Shown in pieces: positions 1 to 11,123 of a stretch of DNA of 32,376 nucleotides; within the stretch, counting starts at the first letter, position 1, and every line of letters begins with the position of its first letter. A model generated the notes under the pieces. The model was not told where the DNA came from and made no database searches. It saw only the letters and a program-made list of their open reading frames with translations. Source of the DNA: Octopus bimaculoides (lineage: Eukaryota); NCBI RefSeq assembly GCF_001194135.2, contig NC_068981.1:53155868-53188243 (forward strand), given 5' to 3'. Position numbers and translations under genes: made by a program.

Positions 1-360
1 GCTCTCACTAACCATTCTTCTATCCCTGGTTTCCTCATTGACCACCAGATGAGAGATCGGGGGACCCTGTCAAAGGCTTTCTCCATATCAATGAAAGCCA
101 GGAACAGAGGTTTATCCTTGGCTAGGTATTTCTCCTGAAGCTGTCTTACCAGAAATATAGCATCAGTGGTGCTTTTCCCAGGTACAAAACCAAACTGCAT
201 CTCATCTAAGCTGACTCGCTCCCTAAGCAGTTGAGCTATGACCCTCTCCGTGACTTTCATTACCTGATCTAAAAGCTTGATAACTCTGTAATTATTTGTA
301 TCTAAAGCGTCACCTTTACCTTTGTAGCAGTTGATTATGGTGCTGCTACACCAGTCATCC
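1..360 (-). mobile_element. RTE-type non-LTR retrotransposon (LINE), reverse transcriptase fragment, 5'-truncated, runs off the left edge
   Basis: Hand translation of the minus strand from 359 is stop-free: DDWCSSTIINCYKGKGDALDTNNYRVIKLLDQVMKVTERVIAQLLRERVSLDEMQFGFVPGKSTTDAIFLVRQLQEKYLAKDKPLFLAFIDMEKAFDRVPRSLIWW. It contains the RT motifs QFGF..G.ST.DAIF and F.D.EKAFDRV. Missed by the ORF track because there is no start codon. Confidence 0.9.
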
Positions 361-1261
361 ACTTGTCCGTGAAAAATACTCCTCCAGTACTGTTCTACAG
401 AATTCATATTTTTTTCCATCCAGATGATTTTGAAGACTGTGAATAAATGATAATCAGATGGGCAATGTCCAGTGAATATGGTGGGTGGGGCATCATTTTC
501 CATTCAAACTGCTCCAGCCTTTGGAATGCCATCTTCACTGTATGTGGCTGAGAATTATCCTGATGGAAGAACACCTTTCATCTTGAAACCAAAGATGGTC
601 GTTTTTCTTCTAGCACTAACTTAAGTCACTGAAGCTCCTTGCAGTAGATCTCCTTTGTCATCGTTTGGTTTAGGTTTAAAAGTTCAAAGTGGATTAGACC
701 TTTTATATCCCACCAAACAGATAATAAGACCTTCTTTAGCCTGAGGAGCTGGTGTTTCTCCTTTCTCTACCCACTGAATTTGGTGCTTAACATTTTTATA
801 GAGAACCCATTTCTTGTCACCTGTCATTATTTGGTCATTCGTGAAACGTGACAGCAAAGAAGAGCAGCCACTCACTCTCTGCATGCAATTAGACTCAGAA
901 AGTTTGTAAGGAACCCATTGACCCAATTTGCTAACTTTTCCAATGGCACAGAAGTGCCGATGAATGGTTGAATGACCAAATCCAAGCTTGTTTGCTAGTT
1001 CCTCAACAGTTACGATGAGATTTTGTTCCACCAGGGTTTGCAGGACATCCTCGTCAAGCTCTGCAGATCTTTCAGGATGAGTTTCATCTTCTAGGCTGTA
1101 GTTTCCGGCTTGGAATTTCTGGAACCACCGTTGACACTGGCTTACACTTATTGTCCGATCCCCATATACTGTCTTAATATTCCTTGCACTTTCCATTGCA
1201 TTATTACCTTTATTGAACTCATAAAGCAAATATATTGAATATGCTCCTTCGTCAATTCCAT
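361..1261 (-). pseudogene. Mariner transposase pseudogene
   Basis: ATG at 1261 gives MELTKEHIQYI, then a 1-nt frameshift into ORF 684-1229 (HTH region, WVPYKL = WVPHEL motif, TGDKKW = TGDEKW). Further frameshifted pieces read HQDNSQPHT and HPPYSLDI-fs-SDYHLF (HPPYSPDLAPSDY motif), ending VLEEYFSRTS. Confidence 0.88.
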
Positions 1262-1442
1262 TATAGCTTTGAAAAAATAACTGTTAAAATGGAACTGCAC
1301 TCCTCAAAATTATACTAAGAATAAGTCATGGTAAAATTACTAGCTGCTTTTTATAGCAAGTCAATGCAGGTAGTTTATCCCTTCCCCCTTCGACTTTTAG
1401 TTCATGCAATTGAAAAATCCCATTTTTTATGGGATGACCTAA
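361..1442 (-). mobile_element. Mariner (Tc1/mariner) DNA transposon remnant with 5' TIR, 3' end interrupted by a LINE
   Basis: Minus-strand terminus TTAGGTCATCCCATAAAAAATGGGATTTTTC (1442-1412) resembles mariner TIRs and is followed by transposase coding sequence. Similarity stops at ~361 where the RTE RT begins. Confidence 0.88.
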
Positions 1443-1648
1443 TTTATATGTATAATAACTGTGTGCATGTTATTTTTAATGTGTGTATAATGTGTGTACA
1501 TATATAGAACACCACTAGCTGCTACTTGTCTCTAAGAGCAATATCTCTTTAGAGATTGTATGTTAGAAACACAACAAACTTCAAATGCTGGGGCATTGTA
1601 AATAATATACTCATTCATATATTATAAATATATATGTGTGCGTATACA

Positions 1649-1680
<32 letters not shown>

Positions 1681-2469
1681 NNNNNNNNNNNNNNNNNNNN
1701 NNNNNNNNNNNNNNNNNNNNNNNNNNNNNNNNNNNNNNNNNNNNNNNNNNNNNNNNNNNNNNNNNNNNNNNNNNNNNNNNNNNNNNNNNNNNNNNNNNNN
1801 NNNNNNNNNNNNNNNNNNNNNNNNNNNNNNNNNNNNNNNNNNNNNNNNNNNNNNNNNNNNNNNNNNNNNNNNNNNNNNNNNNNNNNNNNNNNNNNNNNNN
1901 NNNNNNNNNNNNNNNNNNNNNNNNNNNNNNNNNNNNNNNNNNNNNNNNNNNNNNNNNNNNNNNNNNNNNNNNNNNNNNNNNNNNNNNNNNNNNNNNNNNN
2001 NNNNNNNNNNNNNNNNNNNNNNNNNNNNNNNNNNNNNNNNNNNNNNNNNNNNNNNNNNNNNNNNNNNNNNNNNNNNNNNNNNNNNNNNNNNNNNNNNNNN
2101 NNNNNNNNNNNNNNNNNNNNNNNNNNNNNNNNNNNNNNNNNNNNNNNNNNNNNNNNNNNNNNNNNNNNNNNNNNNNNNNNNNNNNNNNNNNNNNNNNNNN
2201 NNNNNNNNNNNNNNNNNNNNNNNNNNNNNNNNNNNNNNNNNNNNNNNNNNNNNNNNNNNNNNNNNNNNNNNNNNNNNNNNNNNNNNNNNNNNNNNNNNNN
2301 NNNNNNNNNNNNNNNNNNNNNNNNNNNNNNNNNNNNNNNNNNNNNNNNNNNNNNNNNNNNNNNNNNNNNNNNNNNNNNNNNNNNNNNNNNNNNNNNNNNN
2401 NNNNNNNNNNNNNNNNNNNNNNNNNNNNNNNNNNNNNNNNNNNNNNNNNNNNNNNNNNNNNNNNNNNNN
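1681..2469. other. Assembly gap (N run)
   Basis: 789 Ns, preceded by a (TG)/(TA) microsatellite. Confidence 1.
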
Positions 2470-2567
2470 CCTGGTGTTGCCATCCGGTTTCACCAGTCCT
2501 CAGTCAAATCGTCCAACCCATGCTAGCATGGAAAGCGGACGTTAAACGATGATGATGATGATGATGA

Positions 2568-2604
<37 letters not shown>

Positions 2605-2700
2605 AGCCTGGTGTTGCCATCCGGTTTCACCAGTCCTCAGTCAAATCGTCCAAGCCATGCTAGCATGGAAAGCGGACGTTAAACGATGATGATGATGATG
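2470..2700 (+). mobile_element. Two tandem 3' ends of the RTE-type LINE family with (GAT)n tails, separated by (AT)n
   Basis: 2470-2570 and 2603-2700 are near-identical. They match the LINE 3' ends at 32280-32376 and 26306-26400 (CAGTCAAATCGTCCAACCCATGCTAGCATGGAAAGCGGACGTTAAACGATGATG). Confidence 0.85.
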
Positions 2701-3569
2701 TATAGGTATATATGTGTGTGTATGTATATACATATACACACGTGTATATAGACATATTTGCACATGTATATATGTGTGTGTTATTTTGTAAGTTACTATG
2801 ATAAATAGGTTTCAAGATAACTATCGAAAGCCACTATATTCATAGTTGTATGGATTGTAATGGAAGAAATAGACTTATACTACTACCTTTGTTAAAAATT
2901 GTATTTCATTGTTTGATATGTTCCTGTGAACTTTACATGTGTAAAATGTTGTTAGTACATTGTATTGATTTAGTATATTTTTATGTATATATTTACACTA
3001 AGTATCAAATCTTATGTCCTCCTTTGTAATTTCTAAAGGAAATATTTGCCCACTTTAAGATTGTTAAATAATTTCATTATGTTTTCTGAAATTTATTTTG
3101 TAGCTTTAAATCAATTGCTGGTTTTTTCTGGGGTGGGAGTAGTGGTGAGACTAATAAAAATAGAACAGTGCCAATTATAATTTCAAATTTTCACTGAATA
3201 ATTTCTCGACTTGAAGATAATGTTGAATAAACTATAAGGAAATTTAAATTTTTGCCAAAACATAAAATAAAAATTGCTTTCAGTTCAAGTATAAGTATTT
3301 AGTATGTTGTAATTTTAGTCCTTATAATCTGTACACAAAATCTTCTTAAATAACATGTGATCAAGTGATGACTCAGAGAATAAAAGAGGATTAATGATCA
3401 ATAATAGACAATTATTTCTAATCCTTACCTTTAGGTAATTTACCTTATATTCTAATTAAAATCTTTTTTTATAACCTCCTTTGAAAGTAAAATTTAGAGC
3501 TCTCAGCTTAATAATATCATAGTTTTCTATTGATAACATGTACCTATAATGTAAGTTTGTTTGATTCAT

Positions 3570-3748
3570 CAGTTTCAAATTTCGGAGGAGGGGATAAGTC
3601 GATTGCATTAACCCCAGTGCTCACCTGGTATCTATTTTATCAATCCCAAGTTGATAAAAGGCAAAATCGATCTTTGCAAAATTTGAACTCAGAACATAAA
3701 GATGAATGAAATGCCACTAAGCATTTTGCCCAGCATCCTAATGATTCA
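3570..3748 (-). mobile_element. tRNA-derived SINE (family A), diverged copy
   Basis: Aligns by eye to the 4947-5167 copy (AATTTGAACTCAGAAC, AAAGGCAAA, ACCCCAGT, CTGGTA). Confidence 0.75.
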
Positions 3749-3989
3749 AATAACGTTTAGATTAACTTTCTCTGTGAAGATTAACAACAGTTTGAATACT
3801 GTTGAACAGTAACATTTATTTAAAATACTTTTTTCATATTCTCTGGCTGGTGGTGCGTAACAATAATACGGATGTTATTACTGAAATTATTTTGTGTACC
3901 TTGTATAGTAAGGCCAGTTAATAGTAGTGTGTTATATAGTGAAAATCTTGCTAGTTACTATGGTGTCAACTCTACCTATCTTTCACACA

Positions 3990-4024
<35 letters not shown>

Positions 4025-4946
4025 TCTCTCCCAATAACAAGAATTTTTTCTTCTCCCTTTCTCCCCCTCTTTCACATATATCTCGTGATGGACAGACAGA
4101 GATCAGCTTGTCTTTTATAATATAAAGATATAAAAAGCTCAATTGTTATCTTTCTTTAATATCTGAACATTTATCAAATCTCAAGAGATTTAGCAACAGC
4201 TAAACTTCTTATACAGCTATCATTTTAATATACATATTTGCATATTTAAATTTCTGAGCAGTTACCATACTTCAGGTATTTTGATTGACCTCATTTTAAT
4301 GGTTTAAATTCTTTCTTTATTTACTTCAAAGAAAAAATATATTTTCTTTCTTTTCTTCCTCAACTATAATTGTTTACAAAATGGTAAAGTGAATTTGTAG
4401 TAACTTTCCCTTCAAAATAAAAAATTAAACTCCACATCTTTGTTATTTTTCTTTAAATTATATCGATAAATTTATTTCTTTACTTTACTGATCTTGTTGA
4501 CATTTTCTGTGAAAACGATAGGAATTTTTTTGTTTTGTGTTAATTTCTCAGATTTTCAAGTATAAATGATTTTTAAAATTATTATTCAACCAAAAGTTAG
4601 AAAACTATTTATCTTACTCTTCCCTGAAAATGCATTCAAAGCCCAAAACTGAACTAACTACCTTGCATCATGCACTGAAGTCATCAAGTAAGGCTGTACC
4701 TTCTTCATAAATTCACTTTGAAATTTTAACCCATTTATTAACAATGCACCTGATCTCACCTTTTGGTTCTATGATACAAATTTCCTGTTTGAAAGTGATC
4801 TAAAGAACCATCCATCAAAATTGCTTGCTAATGCCCTAAACACCAGATTAGTAATGGTATTTATTTATTTTAGTAAATTCTTCATTATTTACATAATTAA
4901 TTGAAACAAAATCAGTGAATTTCAACAAAAATACAGAAACAAAAAT

Positions 4947-5167
4947 TCTCTTTTCTACTCTAGGCACAAGGCTCGAAATTTTTGGAGAGGGGGCCAGTCG
5001 ACTAGATCAACCCCAGTATGCAACTGGTACTTAATTTATCGACCCCGAAAAGATGAAAGGCAAAGTCGACCTCGGCGGAATTTGAACTCAGAACGTAAAA
5101 ACAGACGAAATACCACTGAGCATTTCGCCTGGCGTGCTAACGTTTCTGCCAGTTCGCTGCCGTAACT
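4947..5167 (-). mobile_element. tRNA-derived SINE (family A), full-length, with 11-bp target-site duplication
   Basis: Minus-strand A-box-like TGGCAGAAACG (5151-5141) and B-box GAGTTCAAATTC (5089-5078). Flanked by direct repeats GAAACAAAAAT at 4936-4946 and 5168-5178. Homologous copies at 3570, 6800 and 25660. Confidence 0.85.
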
Positions 5168-5451
5168 GAAACAAAAATATTGAGATACACATCTTTACAT
5201 CTCTTTCATGCTACTCGTGAAAACCCTGCTCTTGCACAAAGTGCTCCATCAATCCATGTAAAAGAATTGTGTTCTTGATTCTGTATTACCTCCGTTTTGT
5301 TGACTTAAGGATTTTCAACGTTTGCCTCTCCTTGCTACAGGTACTTCCTTCATCAAAGTTATATTCAACACATTGTTTCAACGCTTCACATGTATTTTTC
5401 ATGTGGTTGATGTTTCTGATTTATTTCCCTCAGGCTTTCTCGTTCTTTGTG

Positions 5452-5513
5452 TGTCTCTTTCTCCCTCCTTTCCTCCCTCCCTACCTACCTATGTATGTAT
5501 ATAGATAGATAGA

Positions 5514-5596
<83 letters not shown>
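5452..5596. repeat. Compound microsatellite ending in a long (TA)n
   Basis: CCT/CTAC/TATG/TAGA units followed by ~38 TA units. Confidence 0.97.
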
Positions 5597-5598
<2 letters not shown>

Positions 5599-6280
5599 TC
5601 TTCTCTATTGATCTAGCAACCACTGGAATGATGATACTTCCTTGAGGACAATAATAAGACCAGGATATGTCAAGAGTTGTCACTATATACCATAGAGCAG
5701 GTTGTTGTTCTCTGTGCTGCATTGCTTTTTTTTTTTTTTTTTCCATTTCTAATTAATTTAGACTTTGGTGCATCAAACCAGTTTAAAATTATTTTGATTT
5801 TGATTTTGAATTGTTCTACTTGATTTCATTTAGGATATTTAAGCATTTCCCATGTTTATCTCTTCTCTTTAAGGATACTATCTTGATTAACTAAAATGAT
5901 TGCACTCCATTTTGTTAGCACTTAATTAACTCTATATCAATAACTCTATAATAAATAAGTTAGCTTTATTCAATGCTTCTGCAATGTGATTAAATGGGAT
6001 GCTAAAAGTAGGGAATAAGAAATTAGATATAGAAACAAAGTTAATGTGTGGAAACTTCAGATCACAGTTTGATTGAACAAAGAAAGTCCTACATTCTGTT
6101 TACGAGTTACCTTAGGAAGGATGAAGTGGTGAGATAATGTTAAATATGGCAGAAAATGAATGAGAAATATTGCCGGTTAGTCAGTACATGGGAATGGGAT
6201 CAATTTTGAGCAGCAACAAGTCAGCCTACTATATTTTCTCTAGTGTGTGTGTGTGCGTATATATATATGTGTGTGTGTGT

Positions 6281-6386
6281 GGAGGCGCAGTGGCCCAGTG
6301 GTTAGGGCAGTGGACTCACAGTTGTAAGATTACAGTTTCGATTCCTAAACCGGGCATTGTGAGTGTTTATTGAGCGAAAACACCTA
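6281..6386 (+). mobile_element. tRNA-derived SINE head (a different family)
   Basis: GGAGGCGCAG, A-box TGGCCCAGTGG (6291-6301), B-box GTTTCGATTCC (6335-6345), directly after a (TG)n tract. No tRNA 3' acceptor stem follows. Confidence 0.7.
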
Positions 6387-6799
6387 AGGTCTGCTTTGCT
6401 CCATGCCACAAAACCACAATGATAGGTTCAGAGAGATCCGAGTTAATTTATTTGTGGCTAGTTTAATATACCAAGGGAAGTGATAGGAGATATGTTGAAA
6501 TCCAATATGGCTATAAAGTTTATTTTTGAGGTGACCTCAACTTAACACCAGTGCAGAGCAGAAACTGGGAGTTTAATCTATGCTAAATTAGGACAGTTTA
6601 TAGTTGCACTAGGAAGGCTTGAAAGTCCAACTTAAGTTCAACTGAGGTTCAGCTATTGACTGTCATTCTCACTTTAACTAAGAATATCATAGAGGTCTGT
6701 ATGCTACCACACCCAACCTGCTGTTCATCTGTTTCTCTTTGTAATATCAAGTACAATACTTTTATGAGTTCATTATATTGCTATTAATTTTGCAACAAA

Positions 6800-7010
6800 G
6801 GGTAGTGAGCTAGCAGAATCAATAGTATGCTGGACAAAATGCTTAGCAAGATTCCAGCTATCTTTACATTTTGAGTTTAAATTCTGTTGAGGTCAACTTT
6901 GCCTTTCATCCTTTTGGGGTTGATAAAATAAGTATCAGTTGAGCACTAGGGTCAATGTAATTGACTCACACCCCACCCCCAATTGCTGGCCTTGTGCCAA
7001 AACTTGAAAC
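6800..7010 (+). mobile_element. tRNA-derived SINE (family A), diverged copy
   Basis: Matches the reverse complement of 4947-5167 (GAGTTTAAATTC, GAGGTCAACTTTGCCTTTCATCCTTTTGGGGTTGATAAAATAAGTA, GCCTTGTGCC). Confidence 0.8.
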
Positions 7011-7021
7011 TATTAATTTGC

Positions 7022-7378
7022 AGTAAAAATTGTTTGCCAACATAACATGGCAGTCCTGGTTTAGGACGAATGTTGCTGTAATTTAGCCCCAGGTGACATC
7101 GTCTCCAGCTGGCTATATGACACAATCTTTGTCCTTATATTTTCGAACAAGGGAATCTAGCACCCCCACTCAGCTCAAAACAATATCTGTGTATCGCGAT
7201 TTCTGGTGCACAGATATTGTTTTGCACTGAGTTGGGGTGCTAGATTCCCTTTTTCGAAAATATAAGGACACAGATCGTATCGTATAGCCAGCTGAAGATG
7301 ATGTCTCCTGGGGCTAAATTACAGCAACATTCATCCAAAACCAGGACTGCCATGTTATGTTGGCAAACAATCTTTACT
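7022..7378. mobile_element. Foldback / MITE-like long inverted repeat, 170-bp arms with a 17-bp spacer
   Basis: 7022-7191 is the reverse complement of 7209-7378 with 14 mismatches and no indels by hand count (~92%). The palindrome is directly seen; mobile origin is inferred and no TSD was resolved. Confidence 0.8.
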
Positions 7379-9114
7379 CCAAAGTATTGTTGCTGAATAT
7401 CTCTCGTGAGATTTAAAAATAGTAATTTTCTCATTAATTTGCAACTGAGCTTCTTTTTTTTATCAGATTCCAAGTCTCTCAACCATATGTGACTGTTGGT
7501 AGTATGCATTTATTTTATACTCATTTTTCAGACTCGGTGATAGACTGGAAGATGAAGCTAGTTTGGCCAAAAAACTGCCACCCTAATCTAATTTTATGTT
7601 TGATCTCTTCCTTCAGTGGTGTTTCTGAGATGTGTTGACTGTAGTGGTTGACACTTTAGGTAATTGTGATTTCAACAATGCATAAATTGCAATTCAATGT
7701 TGTACTATTAGTGATGCTTAAGATGTAATAATGGATCAAACAATCAACTAAGCAATCAATGTCCTCATGCATAAATTTCATGTTTATACATGTAAATATA
7801 TTGTTTTGTGCGTATACATTTAGAGCATTCATTAAAATGTCTTCAAACAACTCGAGGTTTGTTTATTTATTTGTTTGCTAATGTGAGGAAAAGGTCTAAC
7901 TGTTGACATCTTGTAAGGTGTATTGAATTTATTGGCATATTACAGGAAGCATTCAACCTCAATAGCCCACCTGTTGTAGTTTAATGTACATTTTCAAATG
8001 TACTAGCATCTGTTTCCAACATATGAATTATTATTTCAAAATCTGTTAAATTTGAAATGATTGAGTGGTGGAGGGATGGAAAGAAGGGAAAGAGGTTGTT
8101 AGTGCTGACCTAAAAAACACTTCATAGTTCATATTCCATCATCAGCACAGTGTTGAGTCTATAGCAGAGGCTTTTAAAACTTGATGGCTCAGTATCTGGA
8201 GGAAAGCTCAGTTCATCATTGTAAGTAGTGAAAGAACTATAACATTGGCATACTTACATGATTGTGTGTGTATGTGCGTGCATGTGTGTGCTTGTGTGTG
8301 TGTGTGTGTCTGTATGTGTGTGTGTGTGTTGACAAAATGTACAAGTTTTAAAAAACCACTAAATTTTATTATACTTTGAGTATTTGAAGCTCTGGACAAA
8401 TTATTTGTACAGAAGTACTTTGTTTACTTTAAGATGAATATAGTTTTTTTTTTTTAAATTTTACATTACATCTTACAGCTAAGAAGTTGTGTGAACTTTT
8501 ACCTTTAATCTGTACATAGTGAGTTATAGTAGTTGATTTAAAGTGATGTATAAAGCTTATGATTGAAATTAATTTAGTAAAGTGTCTTAGAAGTTAAAAT
8601 TAATCAGAAGAATGTAGTCTCTTGATATCATGATGATCATATTTTAATTAGCACTAGCAAGGAAACTTACTTTAAAATACTGATTTCTAATAAAGTAAAA
8701 TTTATAATGATTATCTTGTCTGATGAATTTGAAATTCCTTTAGTGATAAAAATTGATTGCATGAAGTTTATTTTAAATATTTTTCTGAAAATATTCTTTC
8801 TTTATATGTATCTATTTTTTCTTTTTAAATGCAGTCCTTTTCTATTGTGGTCCCTGTATCTTTACTGTTTAGTTTTATAGATGCATTTTCTCATATTTTA
8901 CAAACATAATCTTCATCTATTTTCTCCTTTGTGAATTATAGTCAACATGACATCAAATTAGAAAGTATTTTCCTATTGTATATTTAGTTTTTGTAAAACA
9001 ATAGTTTATTGAATAACTGTTGTACATATCTTCACTATCATCATCGTCATTATCATTTTCACATCTACTTTTCCATACTTGTAATATGATGGGTAGTTTT
9101 TCTTCAGTATTGTA

Positions 9115-9590
9115 TTTCACCACTTGTTATTATCCTCTGACATCTCCTTTGTCATATTCAGTATCCCAACATCAGATTCCATCTCTTCTGCCCATGTTTT
9201 CCTTGGTCTTCCTTCCACTAGGATCTCTCAACACTTATTTATCCAACTGTCATAATCCACACACATTACTTAACCATAACTACAGTAGTCATACTTCTTG
9301 CTCACTACATCTCATTCCTCTTATACACAGTTTTTCCTCTCAGCTCATCTGTACCATATTACTTAGGTACACTAACATTACACATCAAACATCCTGTGAA
9401 GCGTGCTTACTTCATGTCTCTCCTGCATTTGCACATCCACTGCATTCAATGCCCACATCTCACAACATGCAGCATTGCACTTCATAAACAGGCATCATAC
9501 GATCATCATTCACTCAAATACTCAAATAGAGAGAATCCCTTTATTACCAGTAGAGCTGCTAGCTCCTTAAACTTTCACCACTCTTTTTTT
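9115..9590 (-). mobile_element. Old RTE-type LINE fragment (C-terminal part of the RT ORF)
   Basis: Minus strand, with stops and frameshifts, reads KFKELAALLVIKGFSL...EMWAL...CNVSV...EGRPRKTWAEEMESDVGILNMTKEM, homologous to 14467-14915 and 15770-16200. Confidence 0.75.
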
Positions 9591-10582
9591 TATTGTCTAC
9601 TATGCTTTCATATCACTGTCCTCTACTGCTGATTACATTGCCCAGGTTACAGAAGCTATCAAGTGCATCTATAAAGCATTGTTAATTATTCCTGTATTCT
9701 CTCTCTCCCTCCCTCCCCCTCTCTCTCCCTCCCTATCTCCCTTCCTCCCTCTCTCTCTCTCTCCACACACACACACACACTTTTTCCATTGTTTCATGTT
9801 TGTTATTAGAATTCTATTGTTTGTTTCAATTTCTGTGGCAGATCATAAGATTGGTGGGTCACTGTGTTAGCAATGATTGCTTTCCTTTGAATGAAAGTTG
9901 CTTAGATGTTAAATTGTAGATCTTATGAGCAGCCACCCTCACTTATAATGTTTTGCAAGGAATCTTGTTAATTGAACTGCAGTTTCCTAAAGACAACTGT
10001 TATAGTGGAACGATAACTCGTTAAATCATGCCCTCATTAAGTTGACATGTTCTCATTTCTATGTCATGCTCAAAAGCATTATGCCATCATAGAACTGCAT
10101 GAGAAACAATGCATGGCCAAACATGCTAGAGCTGATGATCATACTCTCCAGATTTTTCTGCTAATTGAATAGTAAAATATATTTTGTTATATTTTGGGAT
10201 GGTCTTTTGTTTTTTTGTTTTGTTTTGTTTTTGCTTTGTAAGTACAGCAGTGAGAAAAATTATGCTAATAGAAAACTGAATAAGCAAAGAAGTCAAGAAG
10301 CCAATTGTTGAAACCAGTTCCATTTCTTCTGCCTTTTCATGAAACCAGCAGGTTGTTTCTCCTGTTGATCAGCCTAAAATCATTATTACTACTTACTTTG
10401 CTCCAGAGATTAATAAAACTGTATATTATTTCTCAAACATAAATGTTTCTCATATTTGGAAATTAGGGTCAATCATCAGGCTAACAAATACATGTTTTAA
10501 TTTATGGTAGTGAAATTTGGAGGTCTTGCACCAAAGTTTAGCATTTAACAAAGACCCTCAATGTGTGTGTATGTGTCTAAAT

Positions 10583-10584
<2 letters not shown>

Positions 10585-10639
<55 letters not shown>

Positions 10640-11066
10640 NNNNNNNNNNNNNNNNNNNNNNNNNNNNNNNNNNNNNNNNNNNNNNNNNNNNNNNNNNNNN
10701 NNNNNNNNNNNNNNNNNNNNNNNNNNNNNNNNNNNNNNNNNNNNNNNNNNNNNNNNNNNNNNNNNNNNNNNNNNNNNNNNNNNNNNNNNNNNNNNNNNNN
10801 NNNNNNNNNNNNNNNNNNNNNNNNNNNNNNNNNNNNNNNNNNNNNNNNNNNNNNNNNNNNNNNNNNNNNNNNNNNNNNNNNNNNNNNNNNNNNNNNNNNN
10901 NNNNNNNNNNNNNNNNNNNNNNNNNNNNNNNNNNNNNNNNNNNNNNNNNNNNNNNNNNNNNNNNNNNNNNNNNNNNNNNNNNNNNNNNNNNNNNNNNNNN
11001 NNNNNNNNNNNNNNNNNNNNNNNNNNNNNNNNNNNNNNNNNNNNNNNNNNNNNNNNNNNNNNNNNN

Positions 11067-11109
<43 letters not shown>

Positions 11110-11123
11110 CCTCTCCCTCTCTC
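10585..11123. other. (CA)n, assembly gap 10640-11066, (CT)n
   Basis: 427 Ns flanked by two dinucleotide microsatellites. Confidence 1.

Noticed and set aside
1611-2552. Five ~300-aa ORFs in the track
   Set aside because: Almost entirely X; artefacts of translating the N gap. The same applies to 10517-11176 and 24177-24675.
6281-6355. tRNA gene candidate (also 29422-29495 and 5161-5075)
   Set aside because: A and B boxes are present, but there is no closed acceptor stem and each continues into a repeated SINE body.
8710-8760. CTGATGA-ATTT-GAAA, a hammerhead-like core
   Set aside because: No convincing stem I or stem III pairing; expected by chance in AT-rich DNA.
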